Shown: positions 1 to 20,256 of the stretch, one piece after another
Layout of the letters: the number at the start of each line of letters is the position of its first letter
Position numbering within the stretch: the first letter of the stretch is position 1
Assembly (NCBI RefSeq): GCF_009914755.1
Contig: NC_060927.1
Length of the DNA stretch: 64,000 bases
Source: the human T2T-CHM13v2.0 reference genome, Homo sapiens
Reading direction: 5' to 3' (one strand)
Position numbers and translations under genes: made by a program
Notes under the pieces: generated by a model
What the model saw: only the letters and a program-made list of their open reading frames with translations
The model's database searches: none
What the model was told of the DNA's origin: nothing

Positions 1-430
1 TTACTTAATTACGCTAAAGAAAAATTCATCAGTCAAGAAACTCCAGACTCATGCTCATAGGGCTCCCAATTATTTACATATGGCCTGGTTTTTACATATT
101 AATGAATATCTAAGAATCATCAGATATTTAAAAATGCCTTCAATATGAAAAAATGCAATGAAAAAGTGAAAAATAATTTTGAAAGAAAGTGTTAATGTTG
201 AAAATAAAAATGAAATATAAAATCTATAATTAGCATTTTTAGAGAGAATTGAGAAGTTACGTACAACATTAAAAACATCAGTATCACGCTGTGTGAAAGG
301 AATAATGAGATATGAAAAATGAATTTGAAATTAAGAAAATATGATGGTTAAAATTTAAAGTTCTGTAGGAAGGTTGGAAGATGTAAAGCTGAAGAAGAAA
401 TCCAGAATGTAAAACAAAACCAAAGAGAAA
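1..430 (+). mobile_element. Ancient L1M/HAL1-like ORF1 remnant
   Basis: A-rich, purine-biased decayed sequence typical of old L1 ORF1; judged by eye. Confidence 0.35.
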
Positions 431-540
431 TTTAAATGTGTGTGTGTACACTGTGCGTCTTTAAAAATTGATTTGTATATATTTGAAATTGTAGGAGGGA
501 AAGAGAGTTTAGAATATATTATTTAGATTTGTAAGAGTGA

Positions 541-896
<356 letters not shown>

Positions 897-1032
897 TAAA
901 AAAAACTGTATTAAAAAAATTATATTTATTTTGTGATGCCGGAAGGAATATGTGAATTTATTTGTATTTGAACTTTTTGATTATACCTGGCAAGTCTTAC
1001 TCAAGCTTACGTATTAAAAAAAAAAAAAAAAA

Positions 1033-1342
<310 letters not shown>

Positions 1343-1681
1343 CTAAGCCATAGAAAAGCAAGAACTGGGACTAGTTTCAGGATTTTCTGAATCTAGAGAA
1401 TAAAATAAACAGTTGCTAGATGAGCTAATGTCATCTAGAAACTGTTTCTTTCCATCTTTCCTCTTTGGGCTTTATTCTTTCAGGGCTGTTGACAGTTCTA
1501 GGATTAAGCTCAGTTTATTAACCAAGGAGGAAGAAACCCCTTCTGCCTACTACAGATCCCAAAAATATCTTGAGAAGAACTCTGGTCAGACCTGAGTTAT
1601 GTTCCTACTGCTTAGATTAATCACTGTGTTGAGAATGTCATAAGATTTTGGGCTAGTCCATGGCTAGGGAAAAGGAGAATA

Positions 1682-3034
1682 AGTCATGCGCTGCATAAAG
1701 ATGTTTCATATGAGATGGTGGTACCATGAGATTATAATGGAGCTGAAAAATTCCTATTGCCTAGTGAAGTCATAGCTGCCATAATGTAGTGCAACACATT
1801 ATTCATGCTTGTGGTGATGCTGGTGTAAACAAACCTACGGCTCTGCCAGTTAGATAAAAGTATAGCATATAGAATTATACATATAATACATAATACTTGA
1901 CAGTGATAATTATATTATTGATTTATGTACATGCTCTACTTTTTATTGTTATTTTAGAGTGTACCTCTTCTACCTATTAAAAAAAGGTTAACTGTAAAAC
2001 AGCCACAGGCAGGTTCTTCTGAAGGCATTGCAGAAAAAGACATTGTTATCATATAAGGTAACAGCTTCATGCATGTTATTGCCCCTGAAGAACTTCCATT
2101 GTGACAAGATTTGGAGGTGAAAGAAAATTATATTGATGACCCTGATTCTATGTAGAACTAGGCTGATCAGTATGTGACTTAGTTTTTAACAACAGCAAGA
2201 AAAATGTAAAATACAAAAATGAAAAAATTTTTAAAAATGGAAAAAATTTAAAGAATAAGGATATAAAGAGAAAATATTTTTATACAGCTGTACAAATGTG
2301 TTTGTGTTTTGAGCTAAATGTTACAAAATAGTCAAAAAGTTAAAAGTAAAAAGTTTATAAAGGTTATAATAAGGCTAATTTATTATTAAAGAAAAAAATT
2401 TTTATAAGTGCGGTATAGCCTACATATACAGTGTTTATATTTCTACATGAGTGTGTAGTCATGTCATAGGTCTTTACATTCATTCACCATTCACTCACTG
2501 ACACACCTATAACAACATCATTCTTGCAAGCTCCATTCATGGTAAGTGCCCTGTACACATAAACAGCTTTTATCTTTTACACCAGGGGTGTCCAATCTTA
2601 TGGCTTCCCTGGCCACATTGGAAGAATAGGGATTGTCTTGGCCCATACATAAAATACAGTAACACTGACGACATCTGATAAGCTAAGAAAAAAAAATTGC
2701 AAAAAGATTACGTAATGTTTTAAGAAAGTTTATGAATTTGTGTTGGGCCTCATTCAAAGCCATCTTGGGCTGCATGCAGGCTGCGAGTTGGACAAGCTTG
2801 TTTTATGCTATATTTTTACTTACTTTTGTCTGTTTAGATACACAAATACTATTGTTACAGTTGCCTATGGTATTCAGTACAGTAGCATGCTATACAGGTT
2901 TGTAGCCCAGGTGTGTAGTAGACTATACCATTTAGCTTTGTGTATGTACATTAAGTGATGTTCACACAAGGACAAAATCACCTAATGATGCATTTCTCAG
3001 AACATATCCCCATCGTTAAGCAACATAATGACTG
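1682..3034. mobile_element. Tigger3/Golem-family DNA transposon (Tigger3b-like), interrupted by MER30
   Basis: Termini agtcatgcgctgcataa... and ...gttaagcaacataatgactg|TA; interior matches the recalled consensus. Confidence 0.8.
2583..2800. mobile_element. MER30 (hAT-Charlie)
   Basis: caggggtgtccaatc...ttggacaagcttg with 8-bp TSD ttttacac / ttttatgc. Confidence 0.85.
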
Positions 3035-3406
3035 TACTATGTTAGCTGCCCCATCAGAACCACAGAAGTGTTGGAGAGAGGAGCAATTTCCTTAAAGAAC
3101 TGGCTACGTAGACAAAAATAATAAAAAATAATAAATAATCACACTACAAGGAAAATGTTTACATTATTTTGCAGATTACCAAAACTGTTTCAGTTATTCT
3201 CTACTGATTTTTGAGGAAAATATGTATTAAAATAAATTATTCGTAAGGAAGAAGTATTGCTGTTTCAGTGCCTATTGGAATTTTTTCCCTCTTTCATCTA
3301 TATAATCTTTGTTAACTTTAGTGTTATGTGAAAATTCTTATACAACTTTCAAAAGTTCTTTGGTTTAAAATGTCATTTATTGACTTCTCTTGCATTGCCT
3401 GCTAGC

Positions 3407-3770
3407 TGATATGGTTTCACTGTGTCCCCACCCAAATCTCATCTTGAATTGTAGCTTCCATAATCTCCACGTGTCATGGAAGGGACCCAATGGGAGGTAA
3501 TTGAATCATGGGGTCGGGTTTTTCCTGTGCTGTTCTCATGATAGTGAATAAGTCTCATGAGATCTGATGGTTTTATAAAGGGCAGTTCCCCTGCACATGC
3601 TCTCTTGCCTGCCGCCATGTAAGACATGCCTTTGTTCCTCCTTCGCCTTCTGCTGTGATTGTGAGGCCTCCTCAGCCATGTAGAACTGTGAGTCCATTAA
3701 ACCTCTTTTTCTTCATAAATGACCCAGTCTCGGGTATTTCTTCATAGCAGTATGAAAATGGACTAAAACA
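3407..3770 (+). mobile_element. THE1 (THE1B/C-like) MaLR solo LTR
   Basis: TG...CA termini, perfect 5-bp TSD CTAGC (3402-3406 and 3771-3775), ATTAAA at 3696-3701. Confidence 0.92.
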
Positions 3771-6700
3771 CTAGCTTTTCTACTACTGCCCATGTAAAAA
3801 ATAATGTGTTAAGCAGAAGCAAATCTTATCTAAGATGTTCAATGTAAGGCAAAAGAAATATGTTATCTTGATGACTTACTAAATAGTAAGATTTCTTAGA
3901 AGGAAAACTTTTTGCATTATTTGTATTTACTTTACAGAGAAGTTAATTATATTTTCCATACCAGAAGAAAAATGGGGAAATAGCAACATGTTGGTCCTAC
4001 TAAAAGAGTAGTAAATCTACAATAGTATGTTATTTTATTTAAATATTTAATCAAAAAATTTTTCTAACAATTACTGCATAATTATTTGGTCATTTATTCT
4101 GTAAAGCTCTGCTTGCTTCTAGGGATAAAATAGAATATAAGATAGATAAATTCTTGTTCTCCAAGATGTTACAGAGCTAAGAGATATTATATTAAACAAG
4201 CAGTTATACTTTTATATAATTGTAGTTAGGAGAGAATTACACAATGCAATGAGAGGGCATAACAGGGACTTGACCTGTCTTGGAGGTCAGCAAAAATGTG
4301 CTGGGTGAGCTAACTTGCTGTACTCTGAAGGAATGACAGGAATAACTTAGATGAAGGAGCAGAAGAGCCTCTTAGGGATGGCAAACAGAATGTTTAAGGC
4401 ACCTGGATATTAACAGATTTCAATATATTTATTATCTGTTTTTACAGTTCTTTTGATTTACATCATGACTTTAAATTTTTTATTTGCTTGACATATGAAG
4501 TTTATTAAATAATGTTATAAAATAATTTAAGGAGATTATGTCTTTTATATATGTATAACATTTACAAATAAAATATGTTATATGGAAAAATTGTAAGTTA
4601 CTATATTCTCTGGCAGTATTGTCTGGTATATATGTCCACCTTAATAAAAGCCTTTATCTACTTTGTAATTATACATATGTATTGATCTGCCTTCTATCAG
4701 CTGGGACACTTGAAAATTAGAGTTTTGCTAGTGTTGTCTACAGGGAAGGAAAGTGGATTCTGCTTTTATTTATACTTGAGTGTTATTTCAGATGTTACAG
4801 AAATAAAAAGTCATGTAGTGAATTGTCTTAAATCAGCTAATTATAATTCTGTCTAACTTTACCTGGGTTGACTATCCTTATAAGATGTATTTTCTGAAGA
4901 AACAGAGATTTTGCTTTGTGCATATGGACCTCAAATTCATTCTTTGTAGATAAGAAAACTGAAGCCTGAAAAGTTGGGGGACTTTTGCAAATTGAGTTAA
5001 TTAAGTTCTTACTGGTTTTTTCCTTTTGCCTTGTTTTAGATTGGTTAAATACTGATTCCTAAGTTAAGTTTCACAGGTGAAACAAAGCCAAACACCCTGA
5101 AACTAAGTGGACTTTCAGGCAGAAAATATAGACTTTATAAGTTTTACATAAAAGAAAAGCAAATTGTAATGCTGCCTTCACAGCCTCCTTTTACCCAACA
5201 GAAAGTAAATGTTCATAGATTTCAGCATTCCAGGTAGAGGTGAGTTATGGGACAGCAGGTATTTGCCTGACGGCCACTAGGTCCACAAGAATCACTGGAG
5301 GAGGAACTAGTTCAGCTAGTTGTATTTGGTGTGTGCACTGGCAAAGACTAAATGGTGTATTGGCAAGCTGTCTAAGAGAAAAGACCAAAGGGTCTTGTCT
5401 TCATGGAGCTAAGTGGGTATAATCAGTCTCTTATTTTGAGTGGCTAGATATTCTTGGACTAGACTACACATGTAATGTTAGATCACTGATCCTTTCTGAT
5501 TATGTTGCTAAATTGTACTGTATTTCATACAGCATTTATGCCTAGCCTAACTTCAGTCTCTACTCTATAATCAAGTTTTACTTGATTGCATTTATAATTT
5601 AAGTCTAGGCTTTCAACTAATTTAGGAAATGACTTGGAAATAAAGGAAGAAAGGCTAATTATAAAGGTACATTTGTTTTTTGCGGGGGCTGGGCCCCACA
5701 AAAGGTGTTTGTATTGTAGGTCCCAATGAGTATGGCCCATCTCCACAGCATCTAGTACTCTTACTCCTGACTCTTTATATTGACGAACAATTATTCAACA
5801 CCTTAACCAATTTTGTATCTATTGTCTTTACTAATCATTTGTGACATGTGAACTTAGTCATTTGAGAGAAAAATCTAGGTCGTCTAGCGTTCTATTTCTT
5901 TGTCTTCTCTGAGGAAGAGATAATATTCTTTTTTTTTTTTTGAGGCAGTTGGTGGTCTTAATTCTTTTCTCTTACTAAACTTCATGAGATGGTTTTGTTC
6001 TTCCCTATTACACTAGAGTATTTTGTTTATAGGATTTGTTGTAGCTAAAGTCAATATTAAAAAACTCTTAGTGCATTTGTTTGTATTGGCCATCGTTAGA
6101 AACTTAGTATTGCATTTGGTCTTAGTTGTGACTAGCATCTTTTCCCCGGTAATTTTGGTCTTTATTGCTCCTTTTATTGATTTTGGAGCAAAGTGGTTGG
6201 GACTATAGTTGTTTTATGAGCAAAGAGATAGATTACTAATTGGTATATTTCTGTTGGTAGGGATGGAAAGTGATCAGGGGAAAAGAAATACCCTGTTCCC
6301 ACCTACATTAGTATTTATATCAGAATCTAGAGGGCTGTAGATGTGTAGTTTTGGAAAATGGTATTTATTGTTTTTCTATTCTAAAGGAAGGAAAGCTTGA
6401 TAGTTCTATTGGTCAGTGTGGATATACAAAAATTAGAGCAAAACAGCAGTTGACTACAAGCTACTATTAGGAAGATCTTTATTCTTTAAAAGTTATTCTT
6501 TAAAAGATGTATATAGTCATTATGAATGGTGTAAGTACATTTGAATTTTTTTATTTTGAATGGCTTAATCTTGTGCTAAGTCAGATCATTAAAAAACTAC
6601 AGAGCTGAACTTTTTTTTCTTTTTAACTTCCTTCCCACTAATATTTTTGATTTATAGAACTAGACTACAATATTATACTGGCAGCTTTTACTGTGGAATG

Positions 6701-7019
6701 AAGAAAAAAGAAAAAAAATTACATGAAATGCTTCTGTAATGATAAAATTGACAAAATTTTGCTCACTGCTTCTTACAAAGAAAACTTATGAGAAATTATC
6801 CCAGGATTAAGGCACTGGAAGAATTTCTTCCAAGTTTGCTGTATAAGAAGCAATGAACAGAATTATAGAATTCAAAATATTTAAGCAAATCATATATTTT
6901 TAGTAATTTATTGGTTGAAGCTTATTAGCTATAGTTTTCTTAAGCTTTGGTATCTTGAAAAGGTTTTCCCTTTATAAGAAAAAATTTGCTCCTTGTTTTG
7001 TAGGGAATAATTTTCAATG

Positions 7020-7920
<901 letters not shown>

Positions 7921-7939
7921 ATTTTCTTTTTGATTAAGA

Positions 7940-8345
7940 TCTGTTTCAGTCAAGATTCAATTAGGTAAATGTCAACCATCCTAGATAATTAAGTAGAAGG
8001 AACTTATTCATAGAATCACTTTTAAAGGTGTTAGATGATCTGAGAGAATAGACAGGAGATGGTGAACCTGAACATTGGCAATTGTGGCAAGTTGCTGTTA
8101 GCTCTAGAAATGGAGGGACAAAGGAAAAAGAAAGTATTACTAGAGCCCACAGACAAGAGATGGTTGATGAGAGGAAGCAGCACCGATTTGTGTGAGAGGG
8201 TACCTCTGAAGAGATATAACTACTGCTATAGAGGATCTTGAAGCAGAGGGGTAAGGGGAGAAAGACCCTCATTTCTCCTTCCTCCTGACTTCTGACTTCT
8301 GCCATTGACTCCCTTTAGCCAAAACTAACCAGAACCCAAAGACCT
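7940..8345. mobile_element. Old MaLR/ERVL-type LTR fragment (MLT1-like)
   Basis: Resembles MLT1 motifs (tgccattgactcccttt...aaccagaacc); judged by eye. Confidence 0.35.
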
Positions 8346-9190
8346 TTGTTTTGGAAGACATTTCCACTGATTATTGAATTTTAGATTGGCAATTTTTTTC
8401 TTCCCATACTTTAAAGAAGTCCATCCAGTGTCTTCTGGCCACATTTTCTTCTGATGAAAAATCTGCTTTTTATCTGGTTCCATGTATATAATGTACCCTT
8501 TTAGGGGCTTGCTTTTAAGATTTCATCTTTATCACTTTTAATTTTTGAGTAGGTAATACATGTTCATGGTTCAAAATTCAAAAAGTATGGCGTATACAGT
8601 GAGATACCCTTGCCATTTACATTTACCTGTCCCCTAGTTTCCTAGTTTCTGTATCTGTAGCCATCCAGTGTACTTATTTTCATGAGTTTTCCTTTCAGAT
8701 ATATAATGCATATATAAGAAAAAAACCTCATATTATCATTTTAGACAAATGCTAGTATACTATACACACTGTTTTGTATCTCTGTTTTTCACTTAGATAC
8801 CTTTCCCCATCAGCATAGAAAGAACACTGGTCATCACATTGGCTGTAGAGTATTTCACTCTTATGTGTATATCAAAATGTAATTAACCAGCCCCTTACTA
8901 ATGGATAGTTCTTGTTTCAATCTTTTGCTGTTATCAACAACCCTTTAATGAATTACCATGTATGACCGGAATATGTACAAGGGTATTTGTATATCTTAGA
9001 TGTATCCTAGGAGTAGATTAATTGCTAGATCAAAGAGTGTAATTTATCACTTATCACACATTTATACAAGGAATGTAATTTTTCATTTTGGTAGATGCTG
9101 CCAAATTTCCTCTGTAAAGGTTGAACCAATTTACATTCTTGCCAGCAAGGTAAGAGAGAACCAGTTTTCTCACACCTTTGTCAACAGTTT
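8345..9190 (-). mobile_element. Old L1M fragments
   Basis: T-rich reverse L1 3' motifs (atgctgccaaattt, aatttacattcttgccagca). Confidence 0.55.
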
Positions 9191-9201
9191 TTTTTTTTTT
9201 A

Positions 9202-12795
<3,594 letters not shown>

Positions 12796-12799
12796 TTTA

Positions 12800-14380
12800 T
12801 TATGACAATTTTCAAGTATACTTGAAAGTAAAAGTAGTAGAAGCAACTATCACCTAGCTTCAACAGTTATCAGTATATTGTCAATCTTGTTTCAGCTGTA
12901 TTTCCCCACTCCTTACCCATTGCTAGTTATCTTTTTTTATGTAAAGCTTTATTAAAAAGTATAAAATCCATATAATTCACCCATTGTCAGTTTATAATTC
13001 AGTGATTTTTTGGTAAGTTTTATAGAGTTGTGCAACCATTACCACAATCCAGTTTTTCATTTTCATTACCCCAGAAAGCTCCCTCATGCTCATTTGCATT
13101 CAGTCCCCAGTGCCTACCCAGCTCAAGGCAACTACTGCTCTGCTTTCTATCTCTATAGAGTTGCTATTTCTAGACATTTCATATAAATGATATCATAGAA
13201 TATGTAGTATTTTGGATACTTTCACTTAGAGCAAGTGAAAATATTTAAAAATAGTCTTGCGAAATAGTCATGTAAAATATTCTTTTAAATGACTATTTTT
13301 CACTTAGAATAATGTTCTTGAGGTTTACCTATGTTAGCATTTATCAGTAGCTCATTTCTTTTTGTGCTTCATAGATTTCAGTATATGGATATATTATATT
13401 TTATTTATGCATTCAGCAATTGATGGCTATTCAGATTACTTCCAGTTTTGGGCTATAAACATTTCTGTATGTGTCTTATGTGGCCACATCTTTTCATTTC
13501 TCCTAGGTAGATACCTAGGCATAGAATTGTTAGATGTATGATTAGTTTATGTTTAGCGTTTTGTAAAACTGCTAACCAAAGTGACTGTACGATTAAAATT
13601 CTAACCAATTTCTTATGGGGGTAGCAGTTTCTTTACATCTTCACTAATACTTTTTATCTTTTTCATAATAGCCATTTTAATGGTTATACAGTAGTATGTC
13701 ATTTTGTTTTTAATTTGCATTTCCTCAGTCCTGTCGTTGGTAAGCATCTTTTTGTATGCTTTGCTATTTTATATTTTCTTTGGCAAAATCTATCAAATTT
13801 TTTTGCCCATTTTTAAATTGTATTATTTGTCATCTTACTGAGTTCTAAGAATTCTTTATGTATTCTGGATATACACTCTTTATCAGATATGTGATTTGTG
13901 ATTTATCCCATGCTATATCTTGTCTTTTCATTTTCTCATTGGTGTCTTTTGAAGTTTATTGCTGGTTTAAAGAAATTTGGTTGTAATGTGTTTTGTGTAG
14001 TTTTCTTCGTGTTTCTTGATTTTAAGCTTCTTGGATCTGTGGGCTTACAATTTTTGTCAGCTTTTGGAAATGTCCTCAAAAAACTTTTTAGAAACCACTA
14101 TTGTGTTTTCTTCAGGGATGCTACCTGAAGGGGAACAACAGCTGTCTTGCAGCTCATTAATAGCTCTAGTCGTTTTTTGTCTTTCTCTTTTATTTTAAAT
14201 AGTTTTCTATTGCTGTACCTTTATTTTCCCATTATACTGTTATCTTCTATAATGTCAAATTTGCTGTTAATCCCATACAGTGTATTTTTCATTTCAGACA
14301 TTTTATTTTTTATGTGCAAAAGCGTGATGAAGGTCTTTTTGTGTCTTCCATTTCTTTACTTAACATGGTTAATCTTTTCT
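12800..14380 (-). mobile_element. Old L1M (L1MB/MC-like) fragments
   Basis: Reverse L1 3'-end motifs (ttgtgcaaccattaccacaatcc, atagccattttaatgg, tattctggatat). Confidence 0.65.
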
Positions 14381-14644
14381 CTATCACTGGGATTCACAAA
14401 CTATGGCCCATGGGCCAAATCCTAAAATAGTATCTGGCAATTCAGCCTCTCCTGTAAATCCAATAGAATAGTGCAAGAATTTGAAGCCAGTGGTGCACTG
14501 AAGGTCATGATACCAACAACAAAACCCATATTCAGTTTAACTTCTAACCGGTTTTACTCATATGCTCCACAATAAAGCCCTAGCAGAAGAAAAGACATGC
14601 CTCTTTCTAGGCATAAATGCTGTTTACCTCAACCTCTACTGTCT

Positions 14645-14951
14645 TTTTTTTTTTTTTTTTTTTTTTTTAATAATTTCAACTTGTAGTTTAGATTCTGAGA
14701 GTATGTATGCCAGTTTGTTGCATGGATATATTGCTGAGGTTTGGGATATGAATGGTCCCATAACCCAGGTGGTAAGCATACTAACCACTAGATAGTTTTT
14801 AAATCCTACCCTCTGCCCCACTAGTAGTCTCCAGTGTCTGTTGTGCCATCTTTATGTCCATGAGTATGAAATGTTTAGCTCCCACTTATAAGTGAGAACA
14901 TGTGTTATTTGGTTTTCTGTTCATGCGTTAATTCACTTAGGATAATGGCCT
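14645..14951 (-). mobile_element. L1PA15/16-like 3' end with poly(T)
   Basis: Poly-T followed by reverse 3'UTR (cccacttataagtgagaacatg...ggataatggcct). Confidence 0.85.
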
Positions 14952-15565
14952 TATATAATGAAGCCCAGCTTTCAAAAACCAGAAATTACAGACACATTTT
15001 TTTTTAAAAAAGAGACCCACTATTAAGAGATAAAGCAATCAGTAGAACTAGATCCCGATATAAAGGCTATAGTGGAAAAGACAGATAATACGTTTGAGCA
15101 GATTGGAAATTTCGGCACAGAAACGTTAAGAAAGATTCAAATGGAAATTCTGGAAATAGACACATTAACAGATGAAGAATGGCTAAGACCTTCAGATTCT
15201 TTAGTAGACTTAATGCAGCTAAAGAAAGAATGAATGAACCTTGAATGTAGATTCATAGAAATACCCAAACTAAAAGGCAAGGAGAAACAGAACAGAGTGT
15301 CTAAGAATTTAGGAAAATCTAAAACTGTATAACATGTCTACTAGAATTTCAGAAGAAGATAAAATGAGGCAGAATAAATATTGACAAAATAATGGCCATG
15401 AATTTTCTTAAAATAATGTAAAGGATCCAGCTACAGAAACTAGAACACAAGTAGGTGAAAGTAACAAGAGAAAAAAAGACATGATCCAAAGAAGAATGAA
15501 GATAATGTGTAGCGGACATCTCTTCAGAAATTGCAAGTTAAAACACAATGAAGTGGCAACTTTAA

Positions 15566-15912
<347 letters not shown>

Positions 15913-16145
15913 TAAAGTAAAAGAGAGAGATGTATGTAATCAAAAACTGAGGTAATTCATTTCTGGCAGGCCTGAACTACAGAAAAATGTTAAAGGGAGT
16001 TCCATAAGCAGCACCAGATGCTGGACAGAAATTTGGATGTATCTAAGGAAATAGAGTGGAAAATGGTAAATAAAAACTGAAGATAAATATCAAATTAAAT
16101 TTTTCTTATTTTTAAACACTGTAAAACATAACTGATCATCTAAAG

Positions 16146-16347
16146 CAGGGGTTGACAAAACAGTTTTTAAAAGGGCTAGATATTTTAGACTCATGGACCG
16201 TAGTGTCTCTGTAACTACTCAGCTTTGCTCTTGTAGCAAGAAAGCAGCCATAAACACTACATAAATTAATGGATAGCGTTGTGTTTCAACACAATTTTTA
16301 TACAAACTGGCAGGCAGCCTATGGGCCATATATTCCAGATGCCAGGA
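16146..16347. mobile_element. MER58A-like hAT element
   Basis: caggggttgacaaa terminus and aaagcagccata core. Confidence 0.7.
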
Positions 16348-16685
16348 ATAAAGCAAAAATTGTAGTGAAATATTATTGGTTTGTAGCATGTTTAAAACCA
16401 AATGAATGACAAAAATAGTACATAGGTTATTATACCTAAAGCACCATAATATTATTTGAGATTAGGCGGGATTTTTAAAGATATGTATATTTGTAAACTC
16501 TAGAGTAACCGCTAAAAACAGGTGAATGTGTTAAGCCAAAGTGGACACTAAATGGAATCTTAAAATTGCTCAGTCCCAAAGAAGGAGGAAGAAGAGGTCA
16601 AACAGAACAATGAATAGACAGAACAAACAAAACTATTAAGATGATAGGGTTTAATCTAAGCATATTAAAAATTACATAAAATTCA

Positions 16686-16979
16686 TCCAGGCACAGTGGC
16701 TTACGCCTGTAATCCCAGCACTTTGGAAGGCCAAGGTGGGCAGATTACTTCAGGCCAGAAGTTTGAGACCAGCCTGGCCAACATAGTGAAACCCTGTCTC
16801 TACTAAAAATACCAAAAATTAGTCAGGTGTGGTGGCGCGTGCCTGTAATCCCAGCTACTCGGGAGACTGAGGCAGAAGAATCACTTGAACCCAGGAGGTG
16901 GAGGTAGCAGTGAGCTGAGTTGCACCACTGCACTCCAGCCTGAGCAAGAGAGCAAGACTCCATCTCAGAAAACAAACAT
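16686..16979 (+). mobile_element. AluS with 17-bp TSD
   Basis: TSD aaattacataaaattca at 16669-16685 and 16980-16996. Confidence 0.95.
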
Positions 16980-17627
16980 AAATTACATAAAATTCAAATG
17001 GTCTATGCCTATTAAAGACAGGAATTCGGTTGATAGAAAAGCAAGGTCCAACTAACAAATAACATATCCATGCCCTTTTTTAGATAAACAGATACATACA
17101 TTTTTCCACCCTGCTTTTTTTACTTAGTATTATATCTTGGAGATCATTCCACAGTGATACAGACTATTCCAAATTCATTTTTTACAATTTATGGTATTCT
17201 GTGAATTCTATGAATTTTGTTGTGTTGATGTAGCATAGTCAGTCAATTTGTCCTCTACTGGTATGCATTTGGGTTGTTTCCATTCTTTTCCTGTTATAAA
17301 TAGTGCTATGATTAATATCCTTTTGGATACCTCTTTTTGAATTTTTGCCAGATTTTGGGGGTAGGTTCCTAGAATCTGGGTCAAAGGATGAACACATTGT
17401 AATGTTGCTAAATATGCCCAGTGTTCCTTCCATAGAGCTTGTACCATTTTGTATAACCTACCCACAAAATCTGGCCTTGTATATCTCTGACCTCATCACA
17501 ATTTATTCTGTCAATCTTCTGATTTTTTTTGACTAAACTAATAAATGAGAAATGGCATCTTGGTATATTTTTAATTTGTATTTTTCTTCTTGTGACTGAA
17601 GTTTGAATATCTTTTTTTCATATCCTT

Positions 17628-18007
17628 TGGTATGCTTTATCCCCCCAAAACTCATATTGCAATTTAATTGGAATTGTAACAGTATTAAGAGGTGGGACCT
17701 TTGAGAGGTGATTAGGCCATGAGGGCCTGCCCTCACAGGTGGGATTAATGCTGTTATAAAAGGGTGAATTTGGCCTCTTTTTGCTGCTTGGCCCTTTTAC
17801 CTTCTGCCATGTAATGATCTAGCCTTCTTCCTCTCCAGAGGATGTGGCATTCACCGTGCCATCTTCTCAGAAGAGAAGGGCCTCACCAGACACCAAACCT
17901 GTTGGCGCTCTGATGAGCTGCCAGAACTGGGAGCCAAATAAGTTTCTCTTCATTATAAATTACTCAGTCTCAGGTACTCTGTTACAGCTGTACAATGGAC
18001 TAAGATG
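17628..18007 (+). mobile_element. MST-type MaLR LTR (MSTC/D-like) within old L1M sequence
   Basis: gtattaagaggtgggacctttgagaggtgattaggccatgaggg ... ataaattactcagtctcagg ... ggactaaga. Confidence 0.75.
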
Positions 18008-18143
18008 TTCTTGAAGCCCATCTGTGTTTGATTTTTCCTGAGCTGTCTGATGATATGTCAATCCTACTTTCTATAAATTAGTTGGACTTTTTCTTTTCAT
18101 TATTGTTATAGGGATGTTAAGCCCTTCCTGTGCTGTAAGTTGA

Positions 18144-18542
<399 letters not shown>

Positions 18543-20256
18543 TAAAATGTAATTAAAATATGTTAATGTTCCCCTATTGCTTCTGAGTTTCTTATCATAG
18601 TTAAACATTTTTCAGTAACCAAGTTATATGAGGATTTTTTTTTCTGATATTTGTCCTGTATAATTTTTAACATTTGGCTGTCCAGTATGAAGAAGTGAAC
18701 TTTTCCCTGATTTGAGATGCTGTTTTTATCGTATACTAAATTTTCACATACTATTGTGGTCTCTTTTTGGATTTTCTATTGTTTCATTAGCCTATTTGTC
18801 TGTTCGTGTGCCAACACAATGTTGATTTAATTATAGAGGCTTTACAAAATTGGCTGGTCCCTTTTCATTTCTCTTGTTTCATGTTTGCCAGATACACAAT
18901 TTTGTAATGAAATTGTCTACCCCCAGAAAAACTTGAAGATACTTTTACTGTATGTAAATGTGTAAATTAGTTAAGGAGAATTTAGCTCTTAACTTATTGA
19001 GGTATACACTTTATATACTTTATCTTCCTCCAGTAAAATGGCATTGGAACACTAACGCTGAATGAATGCTCATGTTATTGATGTCATGTGTTTTTGCTGT
19101 ATTTTTAAAGCCTAGATGAGATTATTTTTATTAGTACTTCAAATTGTCAAAATTCGTTAGCCTATATATTTACTGATTTGCATCTTAGACCTTTCTTTCC
19201 AATTTAATTTCCCATGTTTTTGTAAACAATCTATATCTTTCTCTGTTTATCCACTGCTCTTTATTGGTATTTTATAGTTTATTATGATTAGCTAGATGTA
19301 TAATTGTTTTATTTATCTCTATTGGCATTTTCTGGGCTCTCCTGAATTTATGGATTTGGATTTTTCGTCAGTTGCGAAAAATTCTTGTCCAGTTAATGTC
19401 TTTGCCACATTTCTTATTTCCCTTTTAGAACTATGATTAAACATGTATACTCCACCTCTGTGTTCCTTAACTCTTGCTTCTTGTGTTTTCCATTTCTTTG
19501 TCTTTCTGTAGGTACTCTGGATAATTTTTCAGATTTTTTCAGTGTACCAATTTTTTCTTCAGGTGTATCTAATCATCCATAAGATCTGCCTGTTGACTTT
19601 TAATTTCAGTGATTTTATTATTTCTGGAAGCATTTTGACTACTGATAATTTTATCTTGTTCTTTATATTTTCAATGTCATCATTTCTTAAACTATATAAT
19701 ACCCATATTTTATATTCTGTATGATTTTAATAAAGTCTCTGTGACTAACGTTCTTTTGGCCTTGTTCATAGTGCTGTGTTTCCTTGTATGTTGTGGTTTT
19801 TATTGTTCTTATCATTTTTTTTTGTTTATATTGTGTTTGTATTTTCTAGAATAAATTTATCTGTGGTAATTGAAGCCTGGATTGAAAGAATTTGCATTTG
19901 TTTTTGTCAGGTGCCTGGAGATATTACTAGCTTGGGACCAATATTAGTTAAATTCTTGGCTTGAGAATTTTTTGACCATGTAGGTATATGAATTCAGGTC
20001 ACGACCTACATGAGAAGATTTTCAAAGTAGTTTTTTTTTTTTCCTATTTCTACTTAGCTCCAAGTTCACACTGGCAGTTTTCCTTCCAGTCTAGAAATGT
20101 GGGGAAGAATATACTGGTGTAGCTATTTGAATTTTTAGTCAAGGCAAGCTATTTTATCTAGCATTTTAATTGTTTTCAGAGGGAGAATCATTAAAGGTAC
20201 CGAGTGACTCATACTATGGAAAATACAGTGTACAGTTTTCTTTAGTTTTGTCTGTA

